NCBI GenBank assembly: GCA_034667405.1
Contig: JAXDJX010000017.1
Span: forward strand, 8,245 to 72,244
DNA length: 64,000 nucleotides
Source of the DNA: Actinomycetota bacterium
GTDB taxonomy: Bacteria > Actinomycetota > UBA4738 > HRBIN12
Direction: 5' to 3'
Translations under genes and position numbers: made by a program
In this document: in pieces, positions 10,186 through 20,086 of the stretch
How positions within the stretch are numbered: position 1 is the first letter of the stretch
Layout: every line of letters begins with the position of its first letter
The notes under the pieces: generated by a model
Databases searched by the model: none
Told to the model about the DNA's origin: nothing
The model's input: the letters and a program-made list of their open reading frames with translations, nothing else

Positions 10186-12393
10186 ATGCGCGGACTCGCT
10201 CGATGGTCGTTCACACACCGGTGGATGGTGGTCGGGGCGTGGCTGGCGGCCTTCGTCATTCTCCTCGGTGTGGGCAGTGCCGTGGGAACGGCCTACTCCA
10301 GCAGCTTCACCCTTCCGAACACCGAGTCCACTCGGGCGCTCGACCTCATCCGTGCGGTGGCTCCTGCGGAATCGGGTGATACGGAACAGATCGTCTTCGG
10401 CACCAGCGGGGGCGCCAAGGTCACGGACCCACCGGTCCAGGCCAGGGCCACCGACGTGCTCACCAAGATCGCCGCCCTCCCGCATGTGGCCGGCGTGGTC
10501 TCGCCCTTCGACAAGGCCGGCGCTCAGCAGATCAGCCCCGACGGGACCGTCGCGTTCGCCACGGTGGCGCTGGACCAGCAAGCCCAGGACCTGCCCCTTC
10601 CGTTGGCCGCCACCTTCGTGAACACGGCGAAGTCCGGGTCGGGCGATGGTCTGGTCGTTGCGGTCTCGGGTCAGTTCGCACAGTTGGCGAGCCCTCCGTC
10701 GGTGGGAGGAACCGGTCTTGGGATCCTCACCGCCGGGATCGTCCTCTTCTTGGTGTTCGGCTCGCTCTTGGCGATGGCCATGCCGCTGGCATCCGCGATG
10801 GTCGCCCTTGGAACCGCCATCTCCGCCATCGGGCTCCTGAGCCACATCATCGGGATGCCCGAGTTCTCTTCCGAACTCGTGCTGCTCATCGGCCTGGGCG
10901 TCGGCATCGACTACGCGCTGTTCATCGTGTCGCGGCATCGTCAGGGATTGCAGTCGGGGATGGACGTCGGCGCATCCGTCGAACTCGCCATCGACACCTC
11001 CGGTCGAGCGGTGCTCTTCGCGGGGACCATCGTGTGCATCGCGCTCCTCGGCATGTTCGCGCTGGGGATCAGCTTCCTGTACGGACTCGCGGTGGCGGCC
11101 AGTATCGGCGTGCTCTTCACGATGTTGGCCGCGCTGACATTCCTGCCGGCGATGCTTGGATTCGTCGGACCGAAGATCCTGTCCCGGCGTCAGCGGCGCT
11201 CGCTCGAGAAGAACGGGTTCCGTTCGGCCCATGAGCAAGGGTTCTGGGTTCGCTGGTCACGCGGGGTCGAGCGACGTCCGGTGGTCTACGGCGCCGTGGC
11301 GCTCCTGGTCATCGTGTTGCTGGCCGTGCCGTTCTTCAAGCTCCGGCTGGGTTCCTCCGACCAGGGCAACGACCCGAAGGGGAAGACCACTCGGGTTGCC
11401 TACGACATGCTCGCGGAAGGGTTCGGCCCCGGGTTCAACGGACCACTGCAACTGGTTGCCAAGACCAACAGCGATGCGCAGACCACGGCGCTCGAGAACC
11501 TGGCCAAGACCATCTCCGGTCAGGACGGGGTCGCGGCGGTCACGCCCCTCACCACGCTCCCCGGTCCCGACAACACGAACGTGGCGCTCTTCCAGGTCTA
11601 CCCGACCTCGGCACCGCAGGACGCCGCCACAACGGATCTCATCAAGACGCTCCGCGAAGACGTCGTCCCGCAAGCCGTCGCAGGCTCGGGTCTGACGGTC
11701 TACGTGGGCGGGCTCACGGCGACGTTCTCGGACTTCGCAAGCGTCCTCACCTCGAAGCTTCCGCTGTTCATCGGCATCGTGGTGCTGCTCTCGTTCCTCC
11801 TGCTGACGATGGTGCTGCGGAGCCTGGTGGTTCCGTTGAAGGCCGCGATCATGAACCTGTTGTCCATCGGTGCCGCCTTCGGGATCTTGACGGCGGTGTT
11901 CCAGTGGGGATGGTTGGGCAGTCTGTTCGGCGTCAGCCGGCCGGGGCCGGTGGAGGCGTTCCTCCCCGTCATGCTGTTCGCGATCCTGTTCGGCTTGTCG
12001 ATGGACTACGAGGTGTTCCTGGTGATGCGCATCCACGAGGAGTGGTTGCGGACCGGTAACAACAAGGACGCCATCGGGCGCGGGCTCGCGGCGACCGGCG
12101 GGACCATCACGGCCGCTGCCGGGATCATGATCGTCGTGTTCGGTTCGTTCATCCTGGGAGGGGAACGCATCATCAAGGAGTTCGGTTTGGGCCTAGCCGG
12201 AGCGATCTTCGTGGACGCGGTGATCATCCGCTCGGCGCTGGTGCCGGCCGTGATGCTCTTGACCGGCAAGATCAACTGGTGGTTCCCACGGTGGCTCGAT
12301 CGCTGGCTGCCGCGGATCCACGTGGAGCCGGAGATGGTGCCCGAGGTGGAGATCCTGCCCGACCCAGCTCTCGCGGGGACGAACAGCCCCTAG
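10186..12393 (+). CDS. MMPL/RND-superfamily membrane transporter
   Basis: GGAGG RBS then ATG at 10186. About 12 TM helices in two bundles with large extracytoplasmic loops, the typical MMPL layout. Confidence 0.85.
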   Translation: MRGLARWSFTHRWMVVGAWLAAFVILLGVGSAVGTAYSSSFTLPNTESTRALDLIRAVAPAESGDTEQIVFGTSGGAKVTDPPVQARATDVLTKIAALPHVAGVVSPFDKAGAQQISPDGTVAFATVALDQQAQDLPLPLAATFVNTAKSGSGDGLVVAVSGQFAQLASPPSVGGTGLGILTAGIVLFLVFGSLLAMAMPLASAMVALGTAISAIGLLSHIIGMPEFSSELVLLIGLGVGIDYALFIVSRHRQGLQSGMDVGASVELAIDTSGRAVLFAGTIVCIALLGMFALGISFLYGLAVAASIGVLFTMLAALTFLPAMLGFVGPKILSRRQRRSLEKNGFRSAHEQGFWVRWSRGVERRPVVYGAVALLVIVLLAVPFFKLRLGSSDQGNDPKGKTTRVAYDMLAEGFGPGFNGPLQLVAKTNSDAQTTALENLAKTISGQDGVAAVTPLTTLPGPDNTNVALFQVYPTSAPQDAATTDLIKTLREDVVPQAVAGSGLTVYVGGLTATFSDFASVLTSKLPLFIGIVVLLSFLLLTMVLRSLVVPLKAAIMNLLSIGAAFGILTAVFQWGWLGSLFGVSRPGPVEAFLPVMLFAILFGLSMDYEVFLVMRIHEEWLRTGNNKDAIGRGLAATGGTITAAAGIMIVVFGSFILGGERIIKEFGLGLAGAIFVDAVIIRSALVPAVMLLTGKINWWFPRWLDRWLPRIHVEPEMVPEVEILPDPALAGTNSP

Positions 12394-13673
12394 CGCGGGG
12401 CGAGGACCTCGGCGACATAAGCCGCGGCTTCGACGCCGCTGCCTATCGCGCCTTCGATCCAGCCGGCACCCTCGGTGGCGATGTCCGATCCGGCGAACGC
12501 GAGCCGGCCTTCGTGCCGAGCGAGCGCGTCGAAGGTGCCATCGCTGAACCAGGTGGGAGGCACGGAGAGCCACGTGCCGCGAGAGAACCGATCGCTCACC
12601 CAATCGTGGCCGCCCGTCGTTCCGACGGTGGCTTCGGGAAGATGGGCGTTCACCGCGGCTGCGACCGCATCGTGGTCGGCGAGGTCTACCGGGTCCTGGA
12701 CCGAGAAGCCCATGAACAGCTTGCTGTCGCCGGCCGGGAACCGCACGAAGCCCGCGTTGATGGGGGTGTCCCAGCCCGCGCCGATGTAGGTGTCGGGCGC
12801 GCCGTCGACGATCGCGATCACCTTCGAGACCTGGCCCGGGTGCCGGCACTCGGCCGCGCGGCGCTTCGGCTCCGCCAGCGGCGGATCGAACTCGACGTCT
12901 GCCCACACGTTCAGCGGGAGGGCGAGTACCGCCGCCTCGGCTCGAAGGACCGTCCCGTCCTCGAGCGTCACGGTTACGCCGCTATCGGTAGTGGCCACCT
13001 GGGCTACGACCGCTCCGAACCGGATGTCGAGACCCGCCGCCATCGGGTCGATCAGGCTCTTCGTGCCGTCGGCGAGCAGGTCACCCAGGTCCAGGAACAC
13101 GTCGGCGGGGCTGTAGTTGAGTTCGACCATGTCCCAGAGGAGGGGGAGGGCCGAACATTCCTCGAGCGAGGCACCGCCCTTGGACACCATGTAAGCGCGC
13201 ACATAGTCGACGGCTTCCGCGTCGGCATCGAGGCTCTTCACCCATGACGCGACCGGGAGATCAAGCTCGTCGAGCGCGGCCCGATCCCCGTTCGCGAACG
13301 CGTCGCGCGTGGTTCGGAGCGCATCTGCGAGGTTCGATGACGCCAGTCTCGCCTGGATGTTCCGGATGGCGTCGATGCCTTCGGCACGCCGATCGCCGTT
13401 GATCCAGGCAAGCATGTCGGGCTCGGTTCCGGGCATGACCGGCACGCCGTAGCGGTCGATCTCGCGCGCAAGGTTGGGCTGGTCGTCCTTCGAGAAGAAC
13501 ATCCCGCCGTACTCCGCCATCACGCCGGTGCCCGGGATCTCTCGGTACCACGTGCGCCCGCCGATCCGATCGCGCGCTTCCAGGACCACGACGCTGCGTC
13601 CGGATTCCGACAGATCGCGCGCCGCAGCGATCCCTGCGAATCCCGCACCGAGCACCAACACGTCCGGATCCAT
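12390..13673 (-). CDS. Flavin-containing amine oxidase family protein (FAD-dependent)
   Basis: N-terminal dinucleotide-binding motif DVLVLGAGFAGIAAARDL..VVLEARDRIGGR. Amine-oxidase-like C-terminus. Confidence 0.8.
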   Translation of the reverse strand: MDPDVLVLGAGFAGIAAARDLSESGRSVVVLEARDRIGGRTWYREIPGTGVMAEYGGMFFSKDDQPNLAREIDRYGVPVMPGTEPDMLAWINGDRRAEGIDAIRNIQARLASSNLADALRTTRDAFANGDRAALDELDLPVASWVKSLDADAEAVDYVRAYMVSKGGASLEECSALPLLWDMVELNYSPADVFLDLGDLLADGTKSLIDPMAAGLDIRFGAVVAQVATTDSGVTVTLEDGTVLRAEAAVLALPLNVWADVEFDPPLAEPKRRAAECRHPGQVSKVIAIVDGAPDTYIGAGWDTPINAGFVRFPAGDSKLFMGFSVQDPVDLADHDAVAAAVNAHLPEATVGTTGGHDWVSDRFSRGTWLSVPPTWFSDGTFDALARHEGRLAFAGSDIATEGAGWIEGAIGSGVEAAAYVAEVLAPR

Positions 13674-13698
13674 GGCGCGGGAACCTACCACAGGCGCG

Positions 13699-15135
13699 TC
13701 ACCGCTCTACGACCTTGCGGACGTCCGTCGGAGCACCCGGCGGGCCGCCTACTGCCGACGCGTACTCGGGCACGCCGACGCAGGTGAATAGCAGACCATC
13801 CAGCTGTTCGCCCAGCAGGGCGACGATCTCGCTGTCGATGAACGTCATCCCGGAGGCGCCGGCGCCCAGGGCGTAGGCGAGCAGATGCAGTCTGCCCTCG
13901 ACGATGCCGGCTGCGAGCTGCGCCTCGCGGTACTCCCGGTCATCGAGCGCGCCCACGTCGGTCGCCCCGATGACGACGAACGCCGCGTCGCGCGCGAGTC
14001 CCTGATCCAGCGCCACGCGGTACAGCACGTCGCGCATCTCGCCGTGGTGCGTGGGGACGGAGAGGTCCTGCCAGCGGTAGATGCCGGGCGCTAACCCCTC
14101 CACGCCGTGGACCGCGACGAAGTGCGGGGGATCGATGCCGCGCATCGCCGCCAGCAAGGACGTACGGAGCACGTCTTCCGGCAGGCTGCGCGAGGGATCC
14201 ATCCGGCGTTGCGAGCCGCGCGCCAGCGCGATGACCTCGACCGGGTCGGTGCCCTGCGACGGCACATCGACCGGCGCACCGCGATCCCACGCGGGCCCGA
14301 GCGCATCCAGGTCGCCCGCCCGCTGCGCAGCCGTGACGAGCGGGAACTCGATCGGCGTGGCGTCGACCCGGCCCGCCTCGGCCGAACCCGTCGCTTCGAG
14401 TGCGGGCGTGCCCTGGCCGAGCGCGACCACGGCCACCGGCCACTCCTGAACCCCGTCCGCTCCGACCAGCGCGGTGACAGCCGCATCGGGGAAGCGGGTG
14501 TGCAGCCGTGGGCTGAGTCCCGCGGAGTCGGCCACGACAAGGAGCTGGGCGAGCATGGTGCCGGCGTCCCAATAGACGTGCCGGTACCCGCGCTCGCGGT
14601 AGCGCCACCCGGTTCGCCACGGGATCCCGGTCACGATCACGGCGGCCGCGTCGCCGCTCGGTGGCGGGCCGACCTGGAACAGCGCGTGGTCCTGCGGGTC
14701 GTACCAGTGCACACCGGCGGGCACCGCCATCCCATCCGGCACGGCGACGTACAACTCCAGTGGGAACCGTCCACCCGCGGATCCCGAAGCGCGGAACAGC
14801 CACGTCGCGTAGGGCCGAACCATCGTGCGAACCACGCCGGCGGAAAGGTGCAGGAGTCGGGAGAGATTCGGAAGGTCAAGATCGGCGGCCGGGTCTGCAA
14901 TGCCCGCGAGCACGGAAACCGCGGAGGCGCTCGTGGACGGCAGGTTGCGGGGGAGCGGCACCCGCGGCAGCGTGCGTTCGTAGCGTTTGTAGAACCAGGG
15001 GAGCCGATCCAGGTCGTTCACCACGAGGTCTTGCAACACGCGAGGATCATCGACGGGATCGTCCCATTCGCGGTCGGGCACGTAAGAGGTCAACCGATGC
15101 AGGAGCTGCGTTGCGGTCTCTACGCCTGTCCCCAT
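13699..15135 (-). CDS. SagB/ThcOx-type dehydrogenase (tandem nitroreductase-fold protein)
   Basis: 478 aa. Nitroreductase-family signature RASGSAGGRFPLELYV (compare PSAGGLYPLExY) in domain 1. Second nitroreductase-like half (GASGMTFIDSEIVALLG). Start overlaps the upstream stop (TGATG). Confidence 0.7.
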   Translation of the reverse strand: MGTGVETATQLLHRLTSYVPDREWDDPVDDPRVLQDLVVNDLDRLPWFYKRYERTLPRVPLPRNLPSTSASAVSVLAGIADPAADLDLPNLSRLLHLSAGVVRTMVRPYATWLFRASGSAGGRFPLELYVAVPDGMAVPAGVHWYDPQDHALFQVGPPPSGDAAAVIVTGIPWRTGWRYRERGYRHVYWDAGTMLAQLLVVADSAGLSPRLHTRFPDAAVTALVGADGVQEWPVAVVALGQGTPALEATGSAEAGRVDATPIEFPLVTAAQRAGDLDALGPAWDRGAPVDVPSQGTDPVEVIALARGSQRRMDPSRSLPEDVLRTSLLAAMRGIDPPHFVAVHGVEGLAPGIYRWQDLSVPTHHGEMRDVLYRVALDQGLARDAAFVVIGATDVGALDDREYREAQLAAGIVEGRLHLLAYALGAGASGMTFIDSEIVALLGEQLDGLLFTCVGVPEYASAVGGPPGAPTDVRKVVER

Positions 15136-15692
15136 CAGGTCTTGGTTCGGTAGTGAAGGTGAACCACGCCGCTCGTGAAGCGATGTTCGTCCAGCAGTTC
15201 GAGCGGGAGCAGGACATCGTCGGGGAGCGCTCGCGTGCCGCCTCCGACGACCACGGGCGTGAGGAACAGATGGTACTCGTCGACCAACCCTGCCTTGATG
15301 GCCTGTGCGGCGAGGGTGGGCCCGCCGATGCCGATGTCGCGCTCCAGGTTCGCCTTCATCTCCTTGATCGCGTCAGGATCGAAGCGGGGCTCGATACGGG
15401 TTCGCGCGCTGGACGGTGTGTCCAGTGTCGTGGAGTAGACGACCTTGTCGGCCGCCTGCCAGATGCGCCAGTACTCCTGGATGGGCGGCGGTTCGGAAGG
15501 GTCGGGCGTGGTCTCCCAATAGACCATCACCTCGTACATGCGGCGCCCGTAGAGATAGGTGCCGATCGGTCGCTCCAGGTCGTTGACGAATGAATGGACC
15601 TCCGCATCCGGCGCGGCCCAGTCGAAGTTGCCGTTCTGGTCCGCCACGTAGCCGTCGAGCGACGTGATCGCCGCGTAGATGAGCTTCGCCAC
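15135..15692 (-). CDS. Dihydrofolate reductase family protein (RibD C-terminal reductase domain)
   Basis: MAKLIYAAITSLDGYVAD...LHYRTK pattern typical of the RibD_C/YwjB family. Confidence 0.8.
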   Translation of the reverse strand: MAKLIYAAITSLDGYVADQNGNFDWAAPDAEVHSFVNDLERPIGTYLYGRRMYEVMVYWETTPDPSEPPPIQEYWRIWQAADKVVYSTTLDTPSSARTRIEPRFDPDAIKEMKANLERDIGIGGPTLAAQAIKAGLVDEYHLFLTPVVVGGGTRALPDDVLLPLELLDEHRFTSGVVHLHYRTKT

Positions 15693-15878
15693 TCAGTTCT
15701 CGCGGTCCTCGGCGGCGTTCCGAGCGGCGTCGGCGTTCTTGACCTTGGCGAGCACTGCCCGCCACTCGTCGAGCTGGTCCGCGGGCACCATCGCCACAAG
15801 GTCGCCGAAGGTCAGGTACTCGGTCCTGCCGTTGTTCTGGCGTTCGCGGAGCATCTCGATCAGCTCGTCGTTGGTCAT
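15693..15878 (-). CDS. Small acidic hypothetical protein (61 aa), first gene of the RibD_C/SagB/amine-oxidase operon
   Basis: ORF abuts the downstream gene with a 0-bp gap. High GC3. No recognisable domain. Confidence 0.4.
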   Translation of the reverse strand: MTNDELIEMLRERQNNGRTEYLTFGDLVAMVPADQLDEWRAVLAKVKNADAARNAAEDREN

Positions 15879-15913
15879 CGCGGTCTCCTCTTCCCGGTCT
15901 CGGAGTGTGCGTC

Positions 15914-18013
15914 TCAGCCTTGAGTGTCTCCATCCGGGGGCTCGATGACATCGACCGGAGGCGGCGGCACCCCTTGCTGCCCGGTTTCGGCCTCGTGTTC
16001 GGCCGCATCTTCCTTGGGACCCAACGCCGCCACGGCGTTGGCGACCGAGCCCTTGCCGTTCCCGTTCCCGCCCGATGGCTGGAGGGAGCGCATCATCGTT
16101 GCGGCCAAGCCTTCGAGGCTCCCTCCGCCGCCGGCGACCAGCACGTCCGGCACGACCTTGATGTGGCCCTCGCCCACGGCCGATGCGACGGCGACCAGTG
16201 CGGTTGCGGCCGAACCGAGCGCCTCGGTCTGCGCCTCATACCCGGTCGCCTGCGCGAGTCCCTTGGCCTCGATCGCCTTGGCCTGCGCCAACCCGATGGC
16301 TTTGGTCTTATCGGCCTCCGCCTGGCCGGTGAGCCTGACGAAGTTCGACTCTCCCTCAGCCTCGGCGGTTCGGGCGGCCGCGGCGTTCTTCTGCACGTCG
16401 ACGTTGACCTGCGCTCTCGCCAGCCCCGCCTGGGAGTCGGCTGTTCCCTTGGCCTTCTCGACGTCGATCCGCGCCTGTTCGGCCTCCTGCTCCCGGCCGA
16501 AGGTCTCCTTACGCTGCACCGCGATCTCGCGGTCCGACAGCACGGCGACCAGGGTCTCGGGCAGGATCACGTCCTGGATGTAAACGCCCTTGGTCTCGAC
16601 GACGTACTTGCCCAGGTACTCGGTGATGTAGCGCTCGGCCTGGTCCTGCACTTCCTGCCGCTTCTGGATGAACCCCACCGCCGGGAGCCCTTGCACCGTG
16701 TTGCGGAAGTAGTTGCCGACTGCCGATTGCAGCACCTCGTTGACCAGGTTCAGCATGGTTCCGACCATCGAGATCACCTTCGGCGCCTTGGTGTCCGGCA
16801 CCTGGATCTGGACCTGGAGATCGATCATGAAGCTGAAGCCTTCCTGCGACTTGGCCTCGATGGTCGACAGCTGGGCGTCGAGGTTATGCGCGTGCGACGT
16901 GGCCTCGGCCCAGTTCAGTGTCAGGATCGCCGTGGGGACGATCTCGGCGCTGTACGTGCGCGGGTTCAGCGCGTACTTGCCGGTTCGAAGCGGCTCCCGC
17001 CAGATCCCGCGGTGTCCGGGGCGCACCAGCGACCCGAACTTGAACTCCTCGCCGCTGGTGTCCTCAGTGGAGAGACCCAGGTAGGACTTGATGACCGCGA
17101 CCTCGCCTTGATTCACGATGAGCATCGGCGCGAGCTCCACCTTGACCAGGAACGGGTTCAGCAGATAGGCGCCGTACATGAGCGGGTCGTGCTGCAACCC
17201 GATCTTGCCGCCGTTGTCCAAGAACGCCTGGAAGTCCTGATAGTTGTTGTGGAGTGTGTTCTTCGAACCCAGGAGCACCTCGATGATCTCGGGGTCCAGA
17301 CGGCCCGCATCCTCCATGGCCACGATGTCCGCGAATCCGCCGAGGCGTCCGGCGATGTCTCCGGAGGGAAGCGGATCGCCCTCCTGCACCGTGACGATGC
17401 CGACGAAGTCGCTGTCGCCCTGCGGTTCGATGCGCACCACGCGAAGGTCCTCCGCGCTGAGCCCGAAGGACTCGGGTGTCACGGCCAGCTCGCGGCCGAC
17501 GCGGGACATCATCTCCGGAGCGACGGGCATCCCGTAGGCGCGCGCCGGCGTCAGGACCAAGAAGCCCACCGGGTGGAACGGGATCAACGAACCCGGAGGA
17601 AGGACGGGACGCTGGACCCCTTGCTGACCCCCACCGTTCAGGAACTCGCGGACGTCCCGGAAGTTGCCGAACTCCGGCTTGTAGATCGCGCTCTTGGCAC
17701 CCGCGGGAAGCGGGGCGCCGACCTGGGCGATCACCACGCCGATTCCGTCGGCCGGGACCTGCACCCACGGGTGCTTTCGAACGTTGTAGATGAGCCACGG
17801 CTTGATCCGCAGTCCCGGCATGAGCAGCTCGGCCTGATAGCCGGCCTCGCCGTTGAAGGCGATGACGTGCCCCTGGGAGAGCTTGCGCCCGAAGCGCTTC
17901 GCCACCAGTCCGACCTGCGTGGGCCCGATCAGCTGGATCGACTTCAAGATGTAGATGAGCAGCAGCCCGACCGCGGCGCCTGCTGCCACCGTGGCGACAT
18001 TCACGTTGTCCAC
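15914..18013 (-). CDS. Flotillin / SPFH (band 7) domain protein
   Basis: N-terminal TM. SPFH domain. Long C-terminal Ala/Glu/Gln-rich coiled region (AEAEGESNFVRLTGQAEADKTKAIGLAQAKAIEAKG) typical of the flotillin/YqiK type. Confidence 0.8.
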   Translation of the reverse strand: MDNVNVATVAAGAAVGLLLIYILKSIQLIGPTQVGLVAKRFGRKLSQGHVIAFNGEAGYQAELLMPGLRIKPWLIYNVRKHPWVQVPADGIGVVIAQVGAPLPAGAKSAIYKPEFGNFRDVREFLNGGGQQGVQRPVLPPGSLIPFHPVGFLVLTPARAYGMPVAPEMMSRVGRELAVTPESFGLSAEDLRVVRIEPQGDSDFVGIVTVQEGDPLPSGDIAGRLGGFADIVAMEDAGRLDPEIIEVLLGSKNTLHNNYQDFQAFLDNGGKIGLQHDPLMYGAYLLNPFLVKVELAPMLIVNQGEVAVIKSYLGLSTEDTSGEEFKFGSLVRPGHRGIWREPLRTGKYALNPRTYSAEIVPTAILTLNWAEATSHAHNLDAQLSTIEAKSQEGFSFMIDLQVQIQVPDTKAPKVISMVGTMLNLVNEVLQSAVGNYFRNTVQGLPAVGFIQKRQEVQDQAERYITEYLGKYVVETKGVYIQDVILPETLVAVLSDREIAVQRKETFGREQEAEQARIDVEKAKGTADSQAGLARAQVNVDVQKNAAAARTAEAEGESNFVRLTGQAEADKTKAIGLAQAKAIEAKGLAQATGYEAQTEALGSAATALVAVASAVGEGHIKVVPDVLVAGGGGSLEGLAATMMRSLQPSGGNGNGKGSVANAVAALGPKEDAAEHEAETGQQGVPPPPVDVIEPPDGDTQG

Positions 18014-18107
18014 TTCGACCTCCTTGGTCTCAGTCCGGAACCTACTCCTGCGGCGAAGGTTTCGTCTAGGGGAAACCCTGACCGAGAGTTCAGTGAGACC
18101 GGACCGG

Positions 18108-18290
18108 TCAGTGGAAGAGCCAGAAGGCTCCGAGGACCAGGGCGACGATCACGACCACCACGACGATCCCGAGCAGCGAGTTGCGCGCCACCTCATCCTG
18201 TTCCTCGCCGTGCATCTTGTCCCGGTTGGGCTTGGTGCCGACCTTCGGGAGGTGCCTGCGCCCTTTGCGCTTCTCACCGCTGTTGCCCAT
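18108..18290 (-). CDS. Small membrane protein (60 aa; basic N-terminus plus one TM helix) upstream of flotillin
   Basis: High GC3. Clear C-terminal TM helix LLGIVVVVVIVALVLGAFWLF. Same strand, immediately upstream of the SPFH gene. Confidence 0.4.
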   Translation of the reverse strand: MGNSGEKRKGRRHLPKVGTKPNRDKMHGEEQDEVARNSLLGIVVVVVIVALVLGAFWLFH

Positions 18291-18377
18291 ACGAAGCAGC
18301 GTACACGCGCCGGTCGTTCAGGCCTTCTGCAGGTCCGCGACCATGCGGCAGTTGCATATCTGCGGTATGAACTATGG

Positions 18378-19688
18378 ATGACGTCGAGGATCGGGGCCAC
18401 GCCTGCCCCACACGGCCTGCTCCGGCGCTCGAGTCGCGCCGTGATCCTGGGGGTCGTCCTGATGTCCCTCATCGCGGCCGCATGCGATTCCGGAACGCCA
18501 AATAGCCCCTCCCAAACAGGCGCCGGCGGGACGGTGAGTACTCCTCCCGAGAGCCAGGCGCACGTGACGATCACCCCCGCGAATCGATCCAAGGCGGTGG
18601 ACCCGTCGGCGGGGATCTCCATCAAGGTCGAAGGGGGCACCATCACGAACGTCGTCGCGCAGGCCGACGGACAGGAGGTCGCTGGAGAGAAGGGCGCAGG
18701 CGGCACCTCGTGGCATAGCCGGTGGGCGCTCCTGACCAACACGCACTATGCGGTCCGAGCAATAGCCAAGGACGCCGATGGCAACTCGGTGACCACGCAC
18801 AGCACGTTCACCACGCTCGCACCGACCAAGACGTTCTCGACAACCATCTTCGAGGGCTACGGGAAGACGTACGGGGTGGGGATGCCGATCATCCTCACCT
18901 TCAGTTCGCCCATCACGGACAAGCGCGCGGTGGAGCGGTCACTGCAGATCTGGACCTCGCACAAGGTGGTCGGCGCGTGGTACTGGGACGGCGACCAGAC
19001 GCTCTACTTCCGCCCGCGCGACTACTGGCCGGCGAAAACGACCGTGAGGTTCACCGGTCACTTGGACGGGGTCGATGCGGGCGCCGGGATGTACGGGGTC
19101 CATACGCTGACGCAGAGCTTCAAGATCGGACGCTCGCTCATCGCGGTCGCCGGCACGCGAACACACCGTGTGCAGGTCTACCGGGACGGGAAGCTGTTCG
19201 GGGACTGGCCGATCAGCACGGGCAAGACCGGCGACGACACGCCGAACGGCACGTACCTCACCATGGACAAGACCAACCCGGAGGAGATGATCGGACCCGG
19301 GTACGACATCTTGGTGCCGTGGTCCGTCCGATTCACGCTGTCGGGGAACTTCATGCACGACGCGTACTGGTCGGTGGGGGAGCAGGGCTTCGCGAACGTC
19401 AGTCACGGCTGCGTGAACATGTCGCCCGCCAACGCCGAGACGTACTACAAGCTGGCCCTCCAAGGCGATCCGGTGACCATCACCGGGAGCCCCAGTCCCG
19501 GCCGCTGGGGCGACGGATGGACCGTGTGGTTCTTAACGTGGCACGACCTGCTGGACGGGAGCGCGACCCACGATGCGGTGCAGGCAGGACCCGATGGCAG
19601 CGCGTTCGTGGCGCCGGGGACCATCAAGCAGTCGCACGCGAAGTCTCCGCTACGGACATCCCACCCGGGGAACTCGGAAGCGGTGTAG
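18378..19688 (+). CDS. L,D-transpeptidase family lipoprotein (YkuD catalytic domain with N-terminal Ig-like domains)
   Basis: Lipobox LIAAAC. Catalytic motif HGCVNMS (His/Cys of YkuD). LdtMt2-like architecture. ATG at 18378 in frame. Confidence 0.8.
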   Translation: MTSRIGATPAPHGLLRRSSRAVILGVVLMSLIAAACDSGTPNSPSQTGAGGTVSTPPESQAHVTITPANRSKAVDPSAGISIKVEGGTITNVVAQADGQEVAGEKGAGGTSWHSRWALLTNTHYAVRAIAKDADGNSVTTHSTFTTLAPTKTFSTTIFEGYGKTYGVGMPIILTFSSPITDKRAVERSLQIWTSHKVVGAWYWDGDQTLYFRPRDYWPAKTTVRFTGHLDGVDAGAGMYGVHTLTQSFKIGRSLIAVAGTRTHRVQVYRDGKLFGDWPISTGKTGDDTPNGTYLTMDKTNPEEMIGPGYDILVPWSVRFTLSGNFMHDAYWSVGEQGFANVSHGCVNMSPANAETYYKLALQGDPVTITGSPSPGRWGDGWTVWFLTWHDLLDGSATHDAVQAGPDGSAFVAPGTIKQSHAKSPLRTSHPGNSEAV

Positions 19689-19696
19689 AGGGCGGT

Positions 19697-20086
19697 TCAG
19701 GCGCTCCAGAACGCGTCGGCGGCGGCCTGATCGAACGGCGTCACCCAGACTTCCTTCGCCTTGCCGTCCTTGACGTGGAACACGAACATCTGGGCGACGG
19801 TGGCGGTGTTGCCACGGCGCGTCATGGTTGCGTTCGCCAGCACCATCACATGTTCGTCATCGCCGAGGATCGCGTGGATCTCCTGGCTGAACGCATCGGT
19901 CTCCTGCGGGATGAGGGCGAAGTTCCCGAAGACTGCCGCCTTGCCGACGAAGTCACCCGAGACGATGCCCGTGCCCGAGGCATGCCACACGATGTCGTCG
20001 GCCATGATGGCGTCGAGCGTCGCCATATCCCCGGAGTCGAACGCCTCGAATCCCTTCCGAACCAGGTCTGCATTCGGGTGCGCCAT
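19697..20086 (-). CDS. SnoaL-like / NTF2-fold protein (ketosteroid isomerase-like)
   Basis: 129 aa. ATG at 20086 follows GGGAGGA. Typical short NTF2-like pattern (GDMATLDAIMADDIVWH). Confidence 0.75.
   Translation of the reverse strand: MAHPNADLVRKGFEAFDSGDMATLDAIMADDIVWHASGTGIVSGDFVGKAAVFGNFALIPQETDAFSQEIHAILGDDEHVMVLANATMTRRGNTATVAQMFVFHVKDGKAKEVWVTPFDQAAADAFWSA

Noticed and set aside
10162-11238. 358-aa minus-strand ORF
   Set aside because: Antisense to the MMPL transporter, which has coherent TM topology.
13940-15153. Overlapping ORFs 13940-14803 (-) and 14107-15153 (+)
   Set aside because: Alternative frames or antisense within the SagB-like gene. Arg/Pro/Gly-rich, no domain signal.
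15905-18370. 821-aa ORF on the plus strand
   Set aside because: Antisense to the flotillin/SPFH gene, which has clear domain features. The ORF is an Arg/Gly/Asp-rich low-complexity translation typical of antisense frames in high-GC DNA.
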